Positions 20,361 to 29,207 of a DNA stretch of 64,000 nucleotides are shown piece after piece. The position numbers and the translations under genes were made by a program. The stretch lies in NCBI GenBank assembly GCA_943788985.1, contig CALSSJ010000026.1, forward strand, positions 32,001 to 96,000, given 5' to 3'. This DNA comes from an uncultured Lentisphaerales bacterium. Lineage in GTDB: Bacteria; Verrucomicrobiota; Lentisphaeria; JABSQK01; UBA12247. How positions within the stretch are numbered: the first letter of the stretch is position 1; the number at the start of each line of letters is the position of its first letter. The notes under the pieces are model-generated. The model did no database searches. It was not told the DNA's origin and saw only the letters and a list, made by a program, of their open reading frames with translations.

Positions 20361-21087
20361 ATGGGCTGCCAGGCTGCCTGAGGACTCGATCTCCATCTTG
20401 GGCCACCTCAGATGCCTTCCAGATCTGGACGCAGTACGAAACGGCGACACCATCTGGCTGCGCGGCCATGGCCACCCGTCCGGTGCCTTACGCCGCGTCC
20501 CCGACCTCAAACTGTACCAACTCGACGCCAACGGCGTGCTGCGCAGGCAGGGAGAACGCGTGCCCTTTGCGACACTTCCTGAGATGAAATGGAGCGCACT
20601 CACAGACTTCTGGGAGCTGGAGCTCCCCCCCACTGTCTTCTCGGCCAATCCGCCCGATCCGTGCGAGATTCGTCTCGAAGCATCTGATACGGTCTCCAAT
20701 CCGTCCGCACTCGTCACCGAGCCAAGCTTCCTGCTCGCATTGGCGGACGACGCCCCAGCGATTCGGCTCGCCGCCTTCTGCTTCGCCGCCACCAACACCA
20801 AAAAAGTCGTTTTGATCGGCGATACGCTCCCTCCCATTCCCGGCGACCGCTACGTCTGCACCGAAATGCTCTATGTGCGCTCCGGCTGGACCTGGACCCC
20901 CCACGTCCCCACGCCCATCATCCGGCATGGCCTCCGGGCCGATGAAATGGTATTTCTCTCCCCAAAAATAGACGATCCGTCGTCGGAGCAGGATGTCCTT
21001 ACCGACGTCGTGTCTGGAGAGGGCCTGGTACAGGCCAGTCGTGAATCGATTCGCATTACCGCAGAAAAACTGGATTGGAACCGATGA
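20353..21087 (+). CDS. Probable bpX2-like accessory protein of MoxR-vWA-beta-propeller ternary systems
   Basis: Overlaps the MoxR stop; pattern IWLRG...LP...W..L..F..LELP...APAIRL..FCFAA...LIG..LPPIPG.RY resembles bpX2 (recognised from memory, not searched). Confidence 0.6.
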   Translation: MAEWAARLPEDSISILGHLRCLPDLDAVRNGDTIWLRGHGHPSGALRRVPDLKLYQLDANGVLRRQGERVPFATLPEMKWSALTDFWELELPPTVFSANPPDPCEIRLEASDTVSNPSALVTEPSFLLALADDAPAIRLAAFCFAATNTKKVVLIGDTLPPIPGDRYVCTEMLYVRSGWTWTPHVPTPIIRHGLRADEMVFLSPKIDDPSSEQDVLTDVVSGEGLVQASRESIRITAEKLDWNR

Positions 21088-21449
21088 CACTCGATGAAAC
21101 ACTGGACGCTGTGGGCGTCACGCAAGCCCGCCGCCATCTCCTGCTCTGCTGCGATCAAACCAAGCCCAAATGCTGTGACCACGCAGCCAGTCTGGCATCC
21201 TGGGACTTCCTCAAGCGGCGACTCAACAAGCTAAAGTTGACCGGTGCCGGTGGCGTCCTCCGCACCAAGGCAAACTGCCTACGGGTCTGCCGGGAAGGAC
21301 CGATCGCGGTCGTCTATCCAGAAGGCACTTGGTACCGGTCATGCACGCCTGACGTGCTCGAACGCATCATTCAAGAGCACCTCATCGGCGGCACCCCGGT
21401 TGCGGAGTTCGCAATCGCGCACCAGCCACTGATCGCCGACGACCAATAA
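21084..21449 (+). CDS. Thioredoxin-like (2Fe-2S) ferredoxin
   Basis: [12 protein letters not shown]...[25 protein letters not shown]...[13 protein letters not shown] overlap with the upstream gene. Confidence 0.9.
   Translation: MTLDETLDAVGVTQARRHLLLCCDQTKPKCCDHAASLASWDFLKRRLNKLKLTGAGGVLRTKANCLRVCREGPIAVVYPEGTWYRSCTPDVLERIIQEHLIGGTPVAEFAIAHQPLIADDQ
21400..21414. repeat. Iterated 15-bp palindrome, exact copy (in ferredoxin gene)
   Basis: TTGCGGAGTTCGCAA. Confidence 0.85.
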
Positions 21450-21459
21450 TCGTTTCCGC

Positions 21460-22770
21460 TCAGCTCAGGCCAAGCGTTGCCGCGGCCAAATCACGCGCCT
21501 CCTCGCCGAGCGCGAAGCGCCCGCCATCGTGCGCAAGCGAGACTGCGGAGATCGCAAACTGATCAGGCGACAACAGCGCATGCCGCACCAGGTCATCCGC
21601 TGAAAGCGTCGGATTGCCCATTCTTGGCACAAGTTCCAGCCGAATCGAGCCTATCTGGTCATACGAGCGGTAGACCAACTCCGTGCAGACCAGGCAGTCC
21701 GACCGCTTAAAATCGAACGAGAAATCATACGGTTTTCCCACATGGCGCAACACCTTCCGCAGGACGGCGCGCTTTTGCTCCAGACTCACCTGTGGTCGCA
21801 GCACCACCACGTGATTCACGCGCAGCGTCCGCTCAAGGGTATTCACCACCACCCCAGCGGCCAGGGCCTCCGCAGTGACCAGCCGGACACCTCGATCCCA
21901 GCGCCAGTCAACATCCACCTTTAACGCCTCCAAAGCCGTAGCGCCGCCGTGATAGACCGCGGCGTGCGTCCACCAGCCAGGCAACAATGCCGTACTACTC
22001 TTGTTGTCCGGGCGCACGATCATGATGTCCCCTGGCTCCAGCACATCGCGTAGACTCTCCCGGTGCGAGCGCGGAATCGCAGCTGGCCGGCCGAACCAAA
22101 CATTCCCCACCAGCCCCAAAGCGATGGGCTGTAAGTGGTCGCGCAGACTCGCCAGCTGCTCGCGCAGGCGCTGCCGCATGTCCCGCAATTGGGCACGCGC
22201 TCCGAGCAAGCAATGACTGCCCGCTTGCGCTTCCACCGACGGCAACTCCCCGTCGATCAGCTGCACCAGATGTTGCCACTCCGGCCCCAGATCTGCAAAC
22301 TCCGCCGCCGACTCATGGTACGTCCGCGCGGCGTCTAGCAGCCGCGCCACGGTTTGCGGACTCCGCAACGCCGCATAGATCGCGTCGAACAGTCCGGGTT
22401 CAAGGCCGAAGTACGTGTCTCGCTCATTCAACTTGGCACGAATCACCGGCACCTGGTCATAGCAGGCGATGACATAAGATGACCAAGAGTAGAGGTGAAT
22501 CGCCGCGCCGAAAGCCAGCAGGAAGGCCCCGCGGTCATCCTCGACATGGTTCTCATGGCGAAAAATGATTTCATATAAGGACCGCCGATGATTGCGGTAG
22601 GTCAGCCACAACCGCCGCGCTTGGTCTTCCTCATCAGGGCGAAAATACCCACGCTCGCGCACTGCCAGCGATTCGCGAAGCTGCGATGCTTCCGTGCGCA
22701 AGCGCTTGGTGTCGGCTGCGATGGCCTTCAGCGCTTCAAGGTCCTCGGTGATGTCCACGTCTGCGTTCAT
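21460..22770 (-). CDS. Permuted papain-like NlpC/P60 (YiiX/YebB-like) protein with N-terminal helical region
   Basis: PGDIMIVR...PGWWTHAAVY...GKPYDFSFDF...LVCTELVY (His before Cys). Confidence 0.82.
   Translation of the reverse strand: MNADVDITEDLEALKAIAADTKRLRTEASQLRESLAVRERGYFRPDEEDQARRLWLTYRNHRRSLYEIIFRHENHVEDDRGAFLLAFGAAIHLYSWSSYVIACYDQVPVIRAKLNERDTYFGLEPGLFDAIYAALRSPQTVARLLDAARTYHESAAEFADLGPEWQHLVQLIDGELPSVEAQAGSHCLLGARAQLRDMRQRLREQLASLRDHLQPIALGLVGNVWFGRPAAIPRSHRESLRDVLEPGDIMIVRPDNKSSTALLPGWWTHAAVYHGGATALEALKVDVDWRWDRGVRLVTAEALAAGVVVNTLERTLRVNHVVVLRPQVSLEQKRAVLRKVLRHVGKPYDFSFDFKRSDCLVCTELVYRSYDQIGSIRLELVPRMGNPTLSADDLVRHALLSPDQFAISAVSLAHDGGRFALGEEARDLAAATLGLS
22354..22368. repeat. Iterated 15-bp palindrome, exact copy (in YiiX-like gene)
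   Basis: TTGCGGACTCCGCAA. Confidence 0.85.
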
Positions 22771-22941
22771 GCCAAACTCTACGCGAAACTTCGCGAATTC
22801 GCAATCAGTGCCGCACCCCTGTGCCGTGAAACCGTCAATTAAATTCGCAAAACATCACGTATTTCAGTCCCTTTAACGCTACTGATTGCCGTCTGTTGAT
22901 AACTTGTTAATAAATCAATTAAAAAAAGGGACAGAATCTTC

Positions 22942-22969
22942 TTGCACCGCGTTCTTACCGAGCTAAAAT
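22942..22969 (+). promoter_or_regulatory. Putative sigma70 promoter of murD
   Basis: TTGCAC-N16-TAAAAT, preceded by an A-tract (UP-like). Confidence 0.6.
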
Positions 22970-23051
22970 GCGTTATCTACGAGTGCTCCGCGTGGCTTTA
23001 TTAAACTTATTCCCTCGATAAACTTTTCATTCTTCAGCTGGAAAAACCCCG

Positions 23052-24320
23052 TTGCCCCCCCCTACCAGTCACACATTAATCGCCGGTCTTGGCATCAGCG
23101 GCTATCACGCGGCGCGGCTCGCTGCTCGTGAGGGTCACGTTACCGTGATCGACGGTGGGTTGGGCCCGCGCACGAAGATGTGGGCGGACGAGCTGCGCGC
23201 GGCTGGCGTAGACGTACAGCTCGCGTGTGGCCACCTACCGGACTGCCGGGCAGACCTCGCGGTAATCAGCCCAGGGATCCCAGCCTCGCATCCGTGGGTG
23301 CGCGCCCTCGCCGCCCGCGGCATTCCCTGCACGAGCGAGCTGGCATTTGCTGCCGCCCGAATCGCGGCGCCCAAGCTGGCGGTCACCGGAACAAACGGAA
23401 AGACCACCACAGTCCAGATGCTCACGCACATCCTGCGCGCGGCGGGGAAGCGCGCGGTCGCGGCGGGGAACATCGGAAGATCGCTGTCCGAGCTGGCGTT
23501 GACGGGCGAGCAATGGGATGTAATTGTCGTTGAGGTTTCCTCCTTTCAGCTGGAACTGGGCGTCCCCTTCCAGCCGCTAGCGGCCGCGCTGCTCAATGTC
23601 ACCTCGGACCATCTTGATCGTCATGGCAACATGGCCAACTACGCTGCGTTGAAGGCCAGCCTGCTGACCTGTCTGCCAGCAGCAGCTCGCGTGCTCCGCA
23701 GCGACGTGGCCCGAGACCTCACCATCGAAGGCGAGTGTTTCTCCCAGCCCGACAAGGATCTGCCGCCGCTGCCGGCATCTCTGCCAGGCCCGCACAACGT
23801 CGAGAACGCGCTGGCGGCTACGGCCTTGGCCGAGCGCGCAGGCGTCGCGCGACGCGCTGCTTGGGACAGCCTCGAAAGCTTTTCGCTCGACGGACACCGC
23901 CTGCAACTAGTAAGCGCGGAAGACGGCATTCGGGTCTTCAACGACTCCAAATCCACGAACCCGGACGCACTGGCCCGTGCCCTAGATGCTTGTGGTGCGG
24001 CCAACGATGTCGTGCTGATCGCCGGCGGGCGCGACAAGGCGATGGACTTCGCTGTCCTGCTCCCGCGGCTGAGAAGTCTGGTTCGCGAGGTCCACCTGAT
24101 CGGTGAGAATCGAGCCCAGCTGGCAGCTCTTTGGGCTGGCGCGGTCCGCTGCGTCGAACACGATGGTCTGGAGAGTGCGATCACGGCAGCGACCGGCATT
24201 GCCCGACGTGGCGACACCATTTTATTTTCCCCTGGCTGTGCCAGCCAGGATATGTTCATTGACTATAAGCAGCGTGGGGCATCCTTTGTCACCGCTATCA
24301 AGAGGAGACACATCGCATGA
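23052..24320 (+). CDS. murD: UDP-N-acetylmuramoyl-L-alanine:D-glutamate ligase
   Basis: GLGISG, SPGIP, VTGTNGKTTT, EVSSFQLE, DHLDRH, NDSKSTN, FSPGCASQDMF. Confidence 0.95.
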   Translation: MPPPTSHTLIAGLGISGYHAARLAAREGHVTVIDGGLGPRTKMWADELRAAGVDVQLACGHLPDCRADLAVISPGIPASHPWVRALAARGIPCTSELAFAAARIAAPKLAVTGTNGKTTTVQMLTHILRAAGKRAVAAGNIGRSLSELALTGEQWDVIVVEVSSFQLELGVPFQPLAAALLNVTSDHLDRHGNMANYAALKASLLTCLPAAARVLRSDVARDLTIEGECFSQPDKDLPPLPASLPGPHNVENALAATALAERAGVARRAAWDSLESFSLDGHRLQLVSAEDGIRVFNDSKSTNPDALARALDACGAANDVVLIAGGRDKAMDFAVLLPRLRSLVREVHLIGENRAQLAALWAGAVRCVEHDGLESAITAATGIARRGDTILFSPGCASQDMFIDYKQRGASFVTAIKRRHIA

Positions 24321-25825
24321 CGACACTTCAAAAAATCTGGCACCGACTACCGGTTGCAGGTACCGCAGCGCTCGGCGCCGCAACACTGCTGGCTACTGGC
24401 TGCCAATCCGTCAAGGGGCCATCGGCTCTGTTCAGCAGCAAGGAACCTACGCCCATCCTAGCACCACGTTCGAACGTACCCTCGCCGTATATTCGTCCTG
24501 CGGACCAGCTCCCAGCAGCGCCCCCAGCCTTCCGCTCGGAGTCAGCCCAGCAACAGGGCTATTCCAGCCCCGAGCCATCTGCTCCGGCACCGCAGTATGT
24601 GCCGATTGTCGAGCAGAAACGAGGGACTCCCTTGGAACAGATCACAGCGATCCAACTGACGACGGCCGTCCCGCCGCCGGTCGTAAGTGCCCCCGCGCCC
24701 CAGCCAACCCTAGACCGGGCCCCGGAATTTGAAATCCAGCCCCTGCCTATGGCAGTGGCCATGAACGTAGCAGTTCCCGCAGCACCGCCGCGCATGCTCG
24801 GTGTTCCGGCGGACATCACCGACGTCAGCCCCCTTCTGCCACCAGCAGTGACGGCAGTTCCAGCGCTGGTGCGCCAGCCCATCGAAGCCATCCCAGAAAT
24901 CGAGCCATTGCCCGAAGTCAGCTTCGGCAAGGGTCTGACGCACACCGTCACCAAGGGCGACAGCCTCTGGAAAATCGGCAAAAAGTATGGCGTTACTGTC
25001 AATGAGATCGCAGCCTTCAACGGTATGGACCAGAACAAGAGTCTCCACCCAAAGACGGTTCTGCGGCTCCCACCGGGTGCCACACTCGTCCCTGCGCAGC
25101 AGAGCTCTGCGCCCCCCAAGGCATCATCGAAAAGCAGGCTGCCCAGCGCTAGCATGGCGACATTGACGATGACGCCCAAGGCCAAGAAGCCGATCCCAAA
25201 CAATGGCACGTACACCGTTCAAAAGGGTGACAGCCTGTGGAAGATCAGCCGGCTATTCGGTGTTTCCGTGAAGAACCTGCAAACCTACAATGGCCTCAAC
25301 TCCACCAGCCTGGCCGTCGGACAACCGTTGTCCTTGCGCCCAAGTGGACAGCTTAAGAGACGCTCCCAGGCCGCCACTCAGCAGCCTGCGCGTGAGCAGG
25401 TCGCGACTCGGAAGACGCCCAGACAGCTCTCAACTGCTGCTCAGCGGAAGCCTGTCGCCACTCCGGTCGTAAAGCCCACCACCCGCAAGGGCTCGCCGCC
25501 CGCTGAGATTCTGACGTTGAGTGCAAATGGCGGTTTGGCCGCCAGCGGCGCTGCTCCAGCGAGCAAGGTCCAAGAGAGCACTCCAGCCGTCAAGCCCTTG
25601 GTTGCCGCTAAGGCAATCGCCGAGGCCCCAAAGGTTCCCGAGGCACCGCCGTTCAAACTTCCGCACACGATCACGCAGCAGGATACTCTCCCCGAAATAG
25701 CGGAGATGTACGACTCGCATGTCGAGTGGATCCGTAGCGCCAATCCGACGCTGCCGAAGAATGACAATCTGGAAGGCCTCATCGGCAAAAAAATTGCTGT
25801 CCCAGTGCACAGCCTGCACAAATAG
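24317..25825 (+). CDS. Multi-LysM peptidoglycan-binding protein, likely lipoprotein (NlpD-like)
   Basis: Lipobox-like LATGC; LysM HTVTKGDSLWKI and YTVQKGDSLWKI, third degenerate HTITQQDTLPEIA; Pro/Ala-rich linkers. Confidence 0.88.
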   Translation: MTTLQKIWHRLPVAGTAALGAATLLATGCQSVKGPSALFSSKEPTPILAPRSNVPSPYIRPADQLPAAPPAFRSESAQQQGYSSPEPSAPAPQYVPIVEQKRGTPLEQITAIQLTTAVPPPVVSAPAPQPTLDRAPEFEIQPLPMAVAMNVAVPAAPPRMLGVPADITDVSPLLPPAVTAVPALVRQPIEAIPEIEPLPEVSFGKGLTHTVTKGDSLWKIGKKYGVTVNEIAAFNGMDQNKSLHPKTVLRLPPGATLVPAQQSSAPPKASSKSRLPSASMATLTMTPKAKKPIPNNGTYTVQKGDSLWKISRLFGVSVKNLQTYNGLNSTSLAVGQPLSLRPSGQLKRRSQAATQQPAREQVATRKTPRQLSTAAQRKPVATPVVKPTTRKGSPPAEILTLSANGGLAASGAAPASKVQESTPAVKPLVAAKAIAEAPKVPEAPPFKLPHTITQQDTLPEIAEMYDSHVEWIRSANPTLPKNDNLEGLIGKKIAVPVHSLHK

Positions 25826-25857
25826 GATAGCGGCTGTAGTTAACAGTGTGGCGTACC

Positions 25858-25897
25858 GAAGCCGGTGTTGCGAACTTCGCAACACCGGGCTTCTTTC
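25858..25897 (+). terminator. Intrinsic terminator-like hairpin centred on the iterated palindrome
   Basis: CCGGTGTTGCGAA-C-TTCGCAACACCGG perfect 13-bp arms followed by GCTTCTTT. Confidence 0.7.
25868..25882. repeat. Iterated 15-bp palindrome, exact copy (intergenic)
   Basis: TTGCGAACTTCGCAA. Confidence 0.85.
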
Positions 25898-25944
25898 GTA
25901 GGTACCGAATCACGCTTGGCGCGCTTTGGCATCCGTCCTCATAG

Positions 25945-26988
25945 ATGAACGCTCCCCCCACCATTCCTGATTCCGTGGCAATCCCACAACAGCTGGTTGG
26001 CCCGCTGCGGCTGACCGGCCCAGTGCTGGATGAGTCCCTCTACGCGCCGCTGGCCACGTATGAGACCCCACTCTGGGCCAGCTGCAATCGTGGCGCTCGC
26101 GTAACACAACATGCGGGCGGGATCGAGACCGTGATTGTCCGCGACTGCATGGCGCGCTCGATCCTCTTGAACGCGCCCGGTGCGCGCGTCGCTGCGGAGT
26201 GCGCAGCGCAGATCGAGAGCCGAGAAGAGGAACTTGCCGAGATTGTCGCGCAGACCAGCCGCTTCGCCCGCCTGAAGCAGCTGCACATTCAAGTCGCTGC
26301 GCGCTCGTTGTTCATTCGTCTTTCCATCAACAGCGGTGACGCATCCGGCCATAATATGGTCACCCTGGCAGCGGATCATGCCACCACCTGGCTCCTGCAG
26401 CAGTTTCCTGCGCTCCAGTACGTCTCGGTATCGGGTAATCTCTGCACGGACAAGAAGGCGTCAGCCATCAATGGCATTCTCGGCCGCGGCAAGCACGTGA
26501 TCGCCGAGACCAACATTTCGCGCAAGCTCTGCGCCCGCTTTCTGAATTCGACGCCGGAAGACATCGCCCGGCTCAATCATCAGAAGAACTATCTGGGCCT
26601 GGTGCTGGCCGGAGGTGTGGCCACGGCCAATGCGCACTTCGCAAATATGTTGCTCGGGTTTTACTTGGCGACAGGCCAAGACGCGGCCAATATCATCGAA
26701 GGGTCTCAGGGAACAGTCACAGCGGAAGCGTGCGACGATGGCCTGTATTTTGCGGTGACACTGCCGAACGTGATTGTGGGCGCAGTAGGAAATGGAAAAC
26801 ACCTGCCACAGACACGGGCAAATCTGGATCTGCTTGGCTGCCTTGCGGAGCGGCCTGCTGGCGACAATGCGCGCCGCCTAGCGGCAATCTGTGCGGCCGT
26901 TGTATTGTGTGGCGAATTATCTTTGCTGGCAGCATTAACAAACCGTGGCGAGCTTATGGCTGCCCATCAGAAACTGGAGCGAAAATGA
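25945..26988 (+). CDS. HMG-CoA reductase (class I-like short bacterial type)
   Basis: APLATYE, GDASGHNM, SGNLCTDKK, GRGKHV, ATGQD, GELSLLAAL. Confidence 0.92.
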   Translation: MNAPPTIPDSVAIPQQLVGPLRLTGPVLDESLYAPLATYETPLWASCNRGARVTQHAGGIETVIVRDCMARSILLNAPGARVAAECAAQIESREEELAEIVAQTSRFARLKQLHIQVAARSLFIRLSINSGDASGHNMVTLAADHATTWLLQQFPALQYVSVSGNLCTDKKASAINGILGRGKHVIAETNISRKLCARFLNSTPEDIARLNHQKNYLGLVLAGGVATANAHFANMLLGFYLATGQDAANIIEGSQGTVTAEACDDGLYFAVTLPNVIVGAVGNGKHLPQTRANLDLLGCLAERPAGDNARRLAAICAAVVLCGELSLLAALTNRGELMAAHQKLERK

Positions 26989-28028
26989 GCGGTTCAACCA
27001 ATCGGCGCAAACTTGAGCACCTGGACATCGTCCGTGGCGATGATGCCTCTGACCGGTGCAAGGCCTATTTCGACCGAATCCAGCTGCGCCACCGCGCGCT
27101 ACCGGAAGTTAACTTGCGAGACATCGACCCGTCCGTAGAGTTGATGGGGAAACGGCTGTCGTTTCCACTCCTGATCTCGTCGATGACAGGCGGCGACCAC
27201 GACGCCCTGCGCAAGGTGAATCGCAACTTGGCGATCGCCGCCGAAGTCACGCAGGTCGGCATGGGTGTTGGCTCACAGCGCGTGATGTTCTCCGAGCCAG
27301 CAGCCCGCAAAAGTTTTGCCATTCGCCAACACGCGCCGCAGACGTTGCTCTTCGCCAACCTCGGCGCAATCCAGCTGAACAATGGCTGCGATGCCTGTCA
27401 TTGCCGAGAAGCCGTCGAGCTTGTCGAGGCTGACGCATTGTTTCTGCATCTCAACCCTCTGCAGGAAGCCATACAACCGGAAGGAGATACCAACTTTCAC
27501 GGACTGACAGCACGGATCGGCGAAGTCTCGCGGGAAATTGATGCCCCCGTGGTGATCAAAGAAGTCGGTGCCGGAATTTCTGGCGCGGACGCCGAGCAGC
27601 TACTGGGCGAAGGGATTCGCTACATTGATGTCGCCGGAAGCGGCGGCACCTCTTGGAGTCGCATCGAAGCGCATCGTGCTCCGGCTGGCCAGGCAGATCT
27701 TGGGGTTCTTTTTCAAGACTGGGGGATTCCGACACCGGTTGCACTGCGCCAGCTGAACCACCTCAGCCCGGGCGTCACACTGTTCGCCTCCGGTGGAATT
27801 CGCGACGGCATCGACATGATCAAGGCCATCGTGCTCGGCGCCCGCCTCTGTGGCATCGCCCGCGACTTCATCCAGCCTGCGTTGCTCTCGCCAGAAGCAG
27901 TGATAGAGCGCATCGAAGCCTTGCGACGTGAGTTTGTCACTGCGATGTTTCTCTTGGGGATTCAGTCGCTTCCCGACTTGATCCAACGCCCAGACCTGAT
28001 TCTGAATGATGTGGACAGCCGCCTGTGA
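26985..28028 (+). CDS. fni: Type 2 isopentenyl-diphosphate isomerase (FMN-dependent)
   Basis: RKLEHL, ISSMTGG, GVGSQR, HLNPLQEAIQPEGD, KEVG, GGTSW, ASGGIR; ATGA overlap with hmgR. Confidence 0.95.
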   Translation: MSGSTNRRKLEHLDIVRGDDASDRCKAYFDRIQLRHRALPEVNLRDIDPSVELMGKRLSFPLLISSMTGGDHDALRKVNRNLAIAAEVTQVGMGVGSQRVMFSEPAARKSFAIRQHAPQTLLFANLGAIQLNNGCDACHCREAVELVEADALFLHLNPLQEAIQPEGDTNFHGLTARIGEVSREIDAPVVIKEVGAGISGADAEQLLGEGIRYIDVAGSGGTSWSRIEAHRAPAGQADLGVLFQDWGIPTPVALRQLNHLSPGVTLFASGGIRDGIDMIKAIVLGARLCGIARDFIQPALLSPEAVIERIEALRREFVTAMFLLGIQSLPDLIQRPDLILNDVDSRL

Positions 28029-29203
28029 ATGGGAGGCTTTCAGTCGGGATCGACGCGATCGATTTCTATACGCCACACTACTACCTGCCGCTGAGCAAAA
28101 TCGCGGAACAGCGCGGTTTGCCTGCGGATCACTACGAGCGGGCCCTAGGCCAGAGCCGTATGGCGGTCCCCGCGCCAGGGGAAGACATTGTCACAATGGC
28201 GGCCAATGCGGGACGCGGTGTCTTGGGTCAGCTGGATCCCGCAACAGTCACTCAGCTCTTTCTGGGCACTGAGTCCGGGATTGACCAATCAAAAGCCGCC
28301 GCGGCCTATGTCCACGGCTTGCTGCGCCTTTCGTCTCGCTGCCGCGTCTGTGAGTTCAAGCAGGCTTGCTACGGCGGCACTGCAGCACTTCAACTCGCGC
28401 TCGCGCACGTGCGCCAGAATCCCGACCAGGCTGCACTGGTGCTCACTGCCGACGTGGCGCGCTATGGACTGGGCAGCGCTGGCGAAGCCACGCAAGGAGG
28501 CGGAGCCGTGGCTCTCCTGATCAAGGCAAACCCAAGGCTGGTCGAGATTGGACCAGAGGCTGGATACTACACAGAGGACGTGATGGACTTCTGGCGGCCA
28601 AATTATCGCGACGAAGCACTGGTGGATGGAAAGGCTTCTGTTCGCGTCTACATCAAATCGCTCTTGAACGCATTTCAGCATTTTCATGAGCAGACCGGCC
28701 TAGAACCAGCGAGTTTCGACACCTTCTGCTACCATCTTCCGTTCAGCAGAATGGCTGAAATGGCTCACCAGAAGCTGACAAAGGCCCGCAAGCAATTAGT
28801 CCCAGCAGAAACGGTACGCGAGCTGTTAGCACCGAGCCTGTATTACAATCAGCAGACGGGCAACAGCTACGCCGCATCGCTCTACGTGGCGTTGACGAGT
28901 TTACTGGACCTGCGGGACGACCTGGACGGGGCCCGCTTGGGCCTGTTCAGTTATGGCTCGGGCTGCATGGCAGAGTTTTTTCATGGTCAGGTGGTTCCAG
29001 GCTATCGCGCCGTACTCGGCCATGCCCGACGAACTGCGATGCTCACGGCCCGTGCAGAGCTCCCCCCTGAGCAATACAAAGAATTCTATTCGTTCCAGCT
29101 ACCGACCGACGGGAGCAAGGGCACAACGCCAGAGTACAAAACTGGGGACTTCCGGCTCACAGGAATTGCCGATCACCAGCGACAGTACGCCGCGCTGCGG
29201 TAG
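28025..29203 (+). CDS. mvaS: HMG-CoA synthase
   Basis: GTESGIDQSK, EFKQACYGGT (catalytic Cys), EATQGGGA, DFWRPNY, HLPF, FSYGSG. Confidence 0.95.
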   Translation: MNGRLSVGIDAIDFYTPHYYLPLSKIAEQRGLPADHYERALGQSRMAVPAPGEDIVTMAANAGRGVLGQLDPATVTQLFLGTESGIDQSKAAAAYVHGLLRLSSRCRVCEFKQACYGGTAALQLALAHVRQNPDQAALVLTADVARYGLGSAGEATQGGGAVALLIKANPRLVEIGPEAGYYTEDVMDFWRPNYRDEALVDGKASVRVYIKSLLNAFQHFHEQTGLEPASFDTFCYHLPFSRMAEMAHQKLTKARKQLVPAETVRELLAPSLYYNQQTGNSYAASLYVALTSLLDLRDDLDGARLGLFSYGSGCMAEFFHGQVVPGYRAVLGHARRTAMLTARAELPPEQYKEFYSFQLPTDGSKGTTPEYKTGDFRLTGIADHQRQYAALR

Positions 29204-29207
29204 CAGC

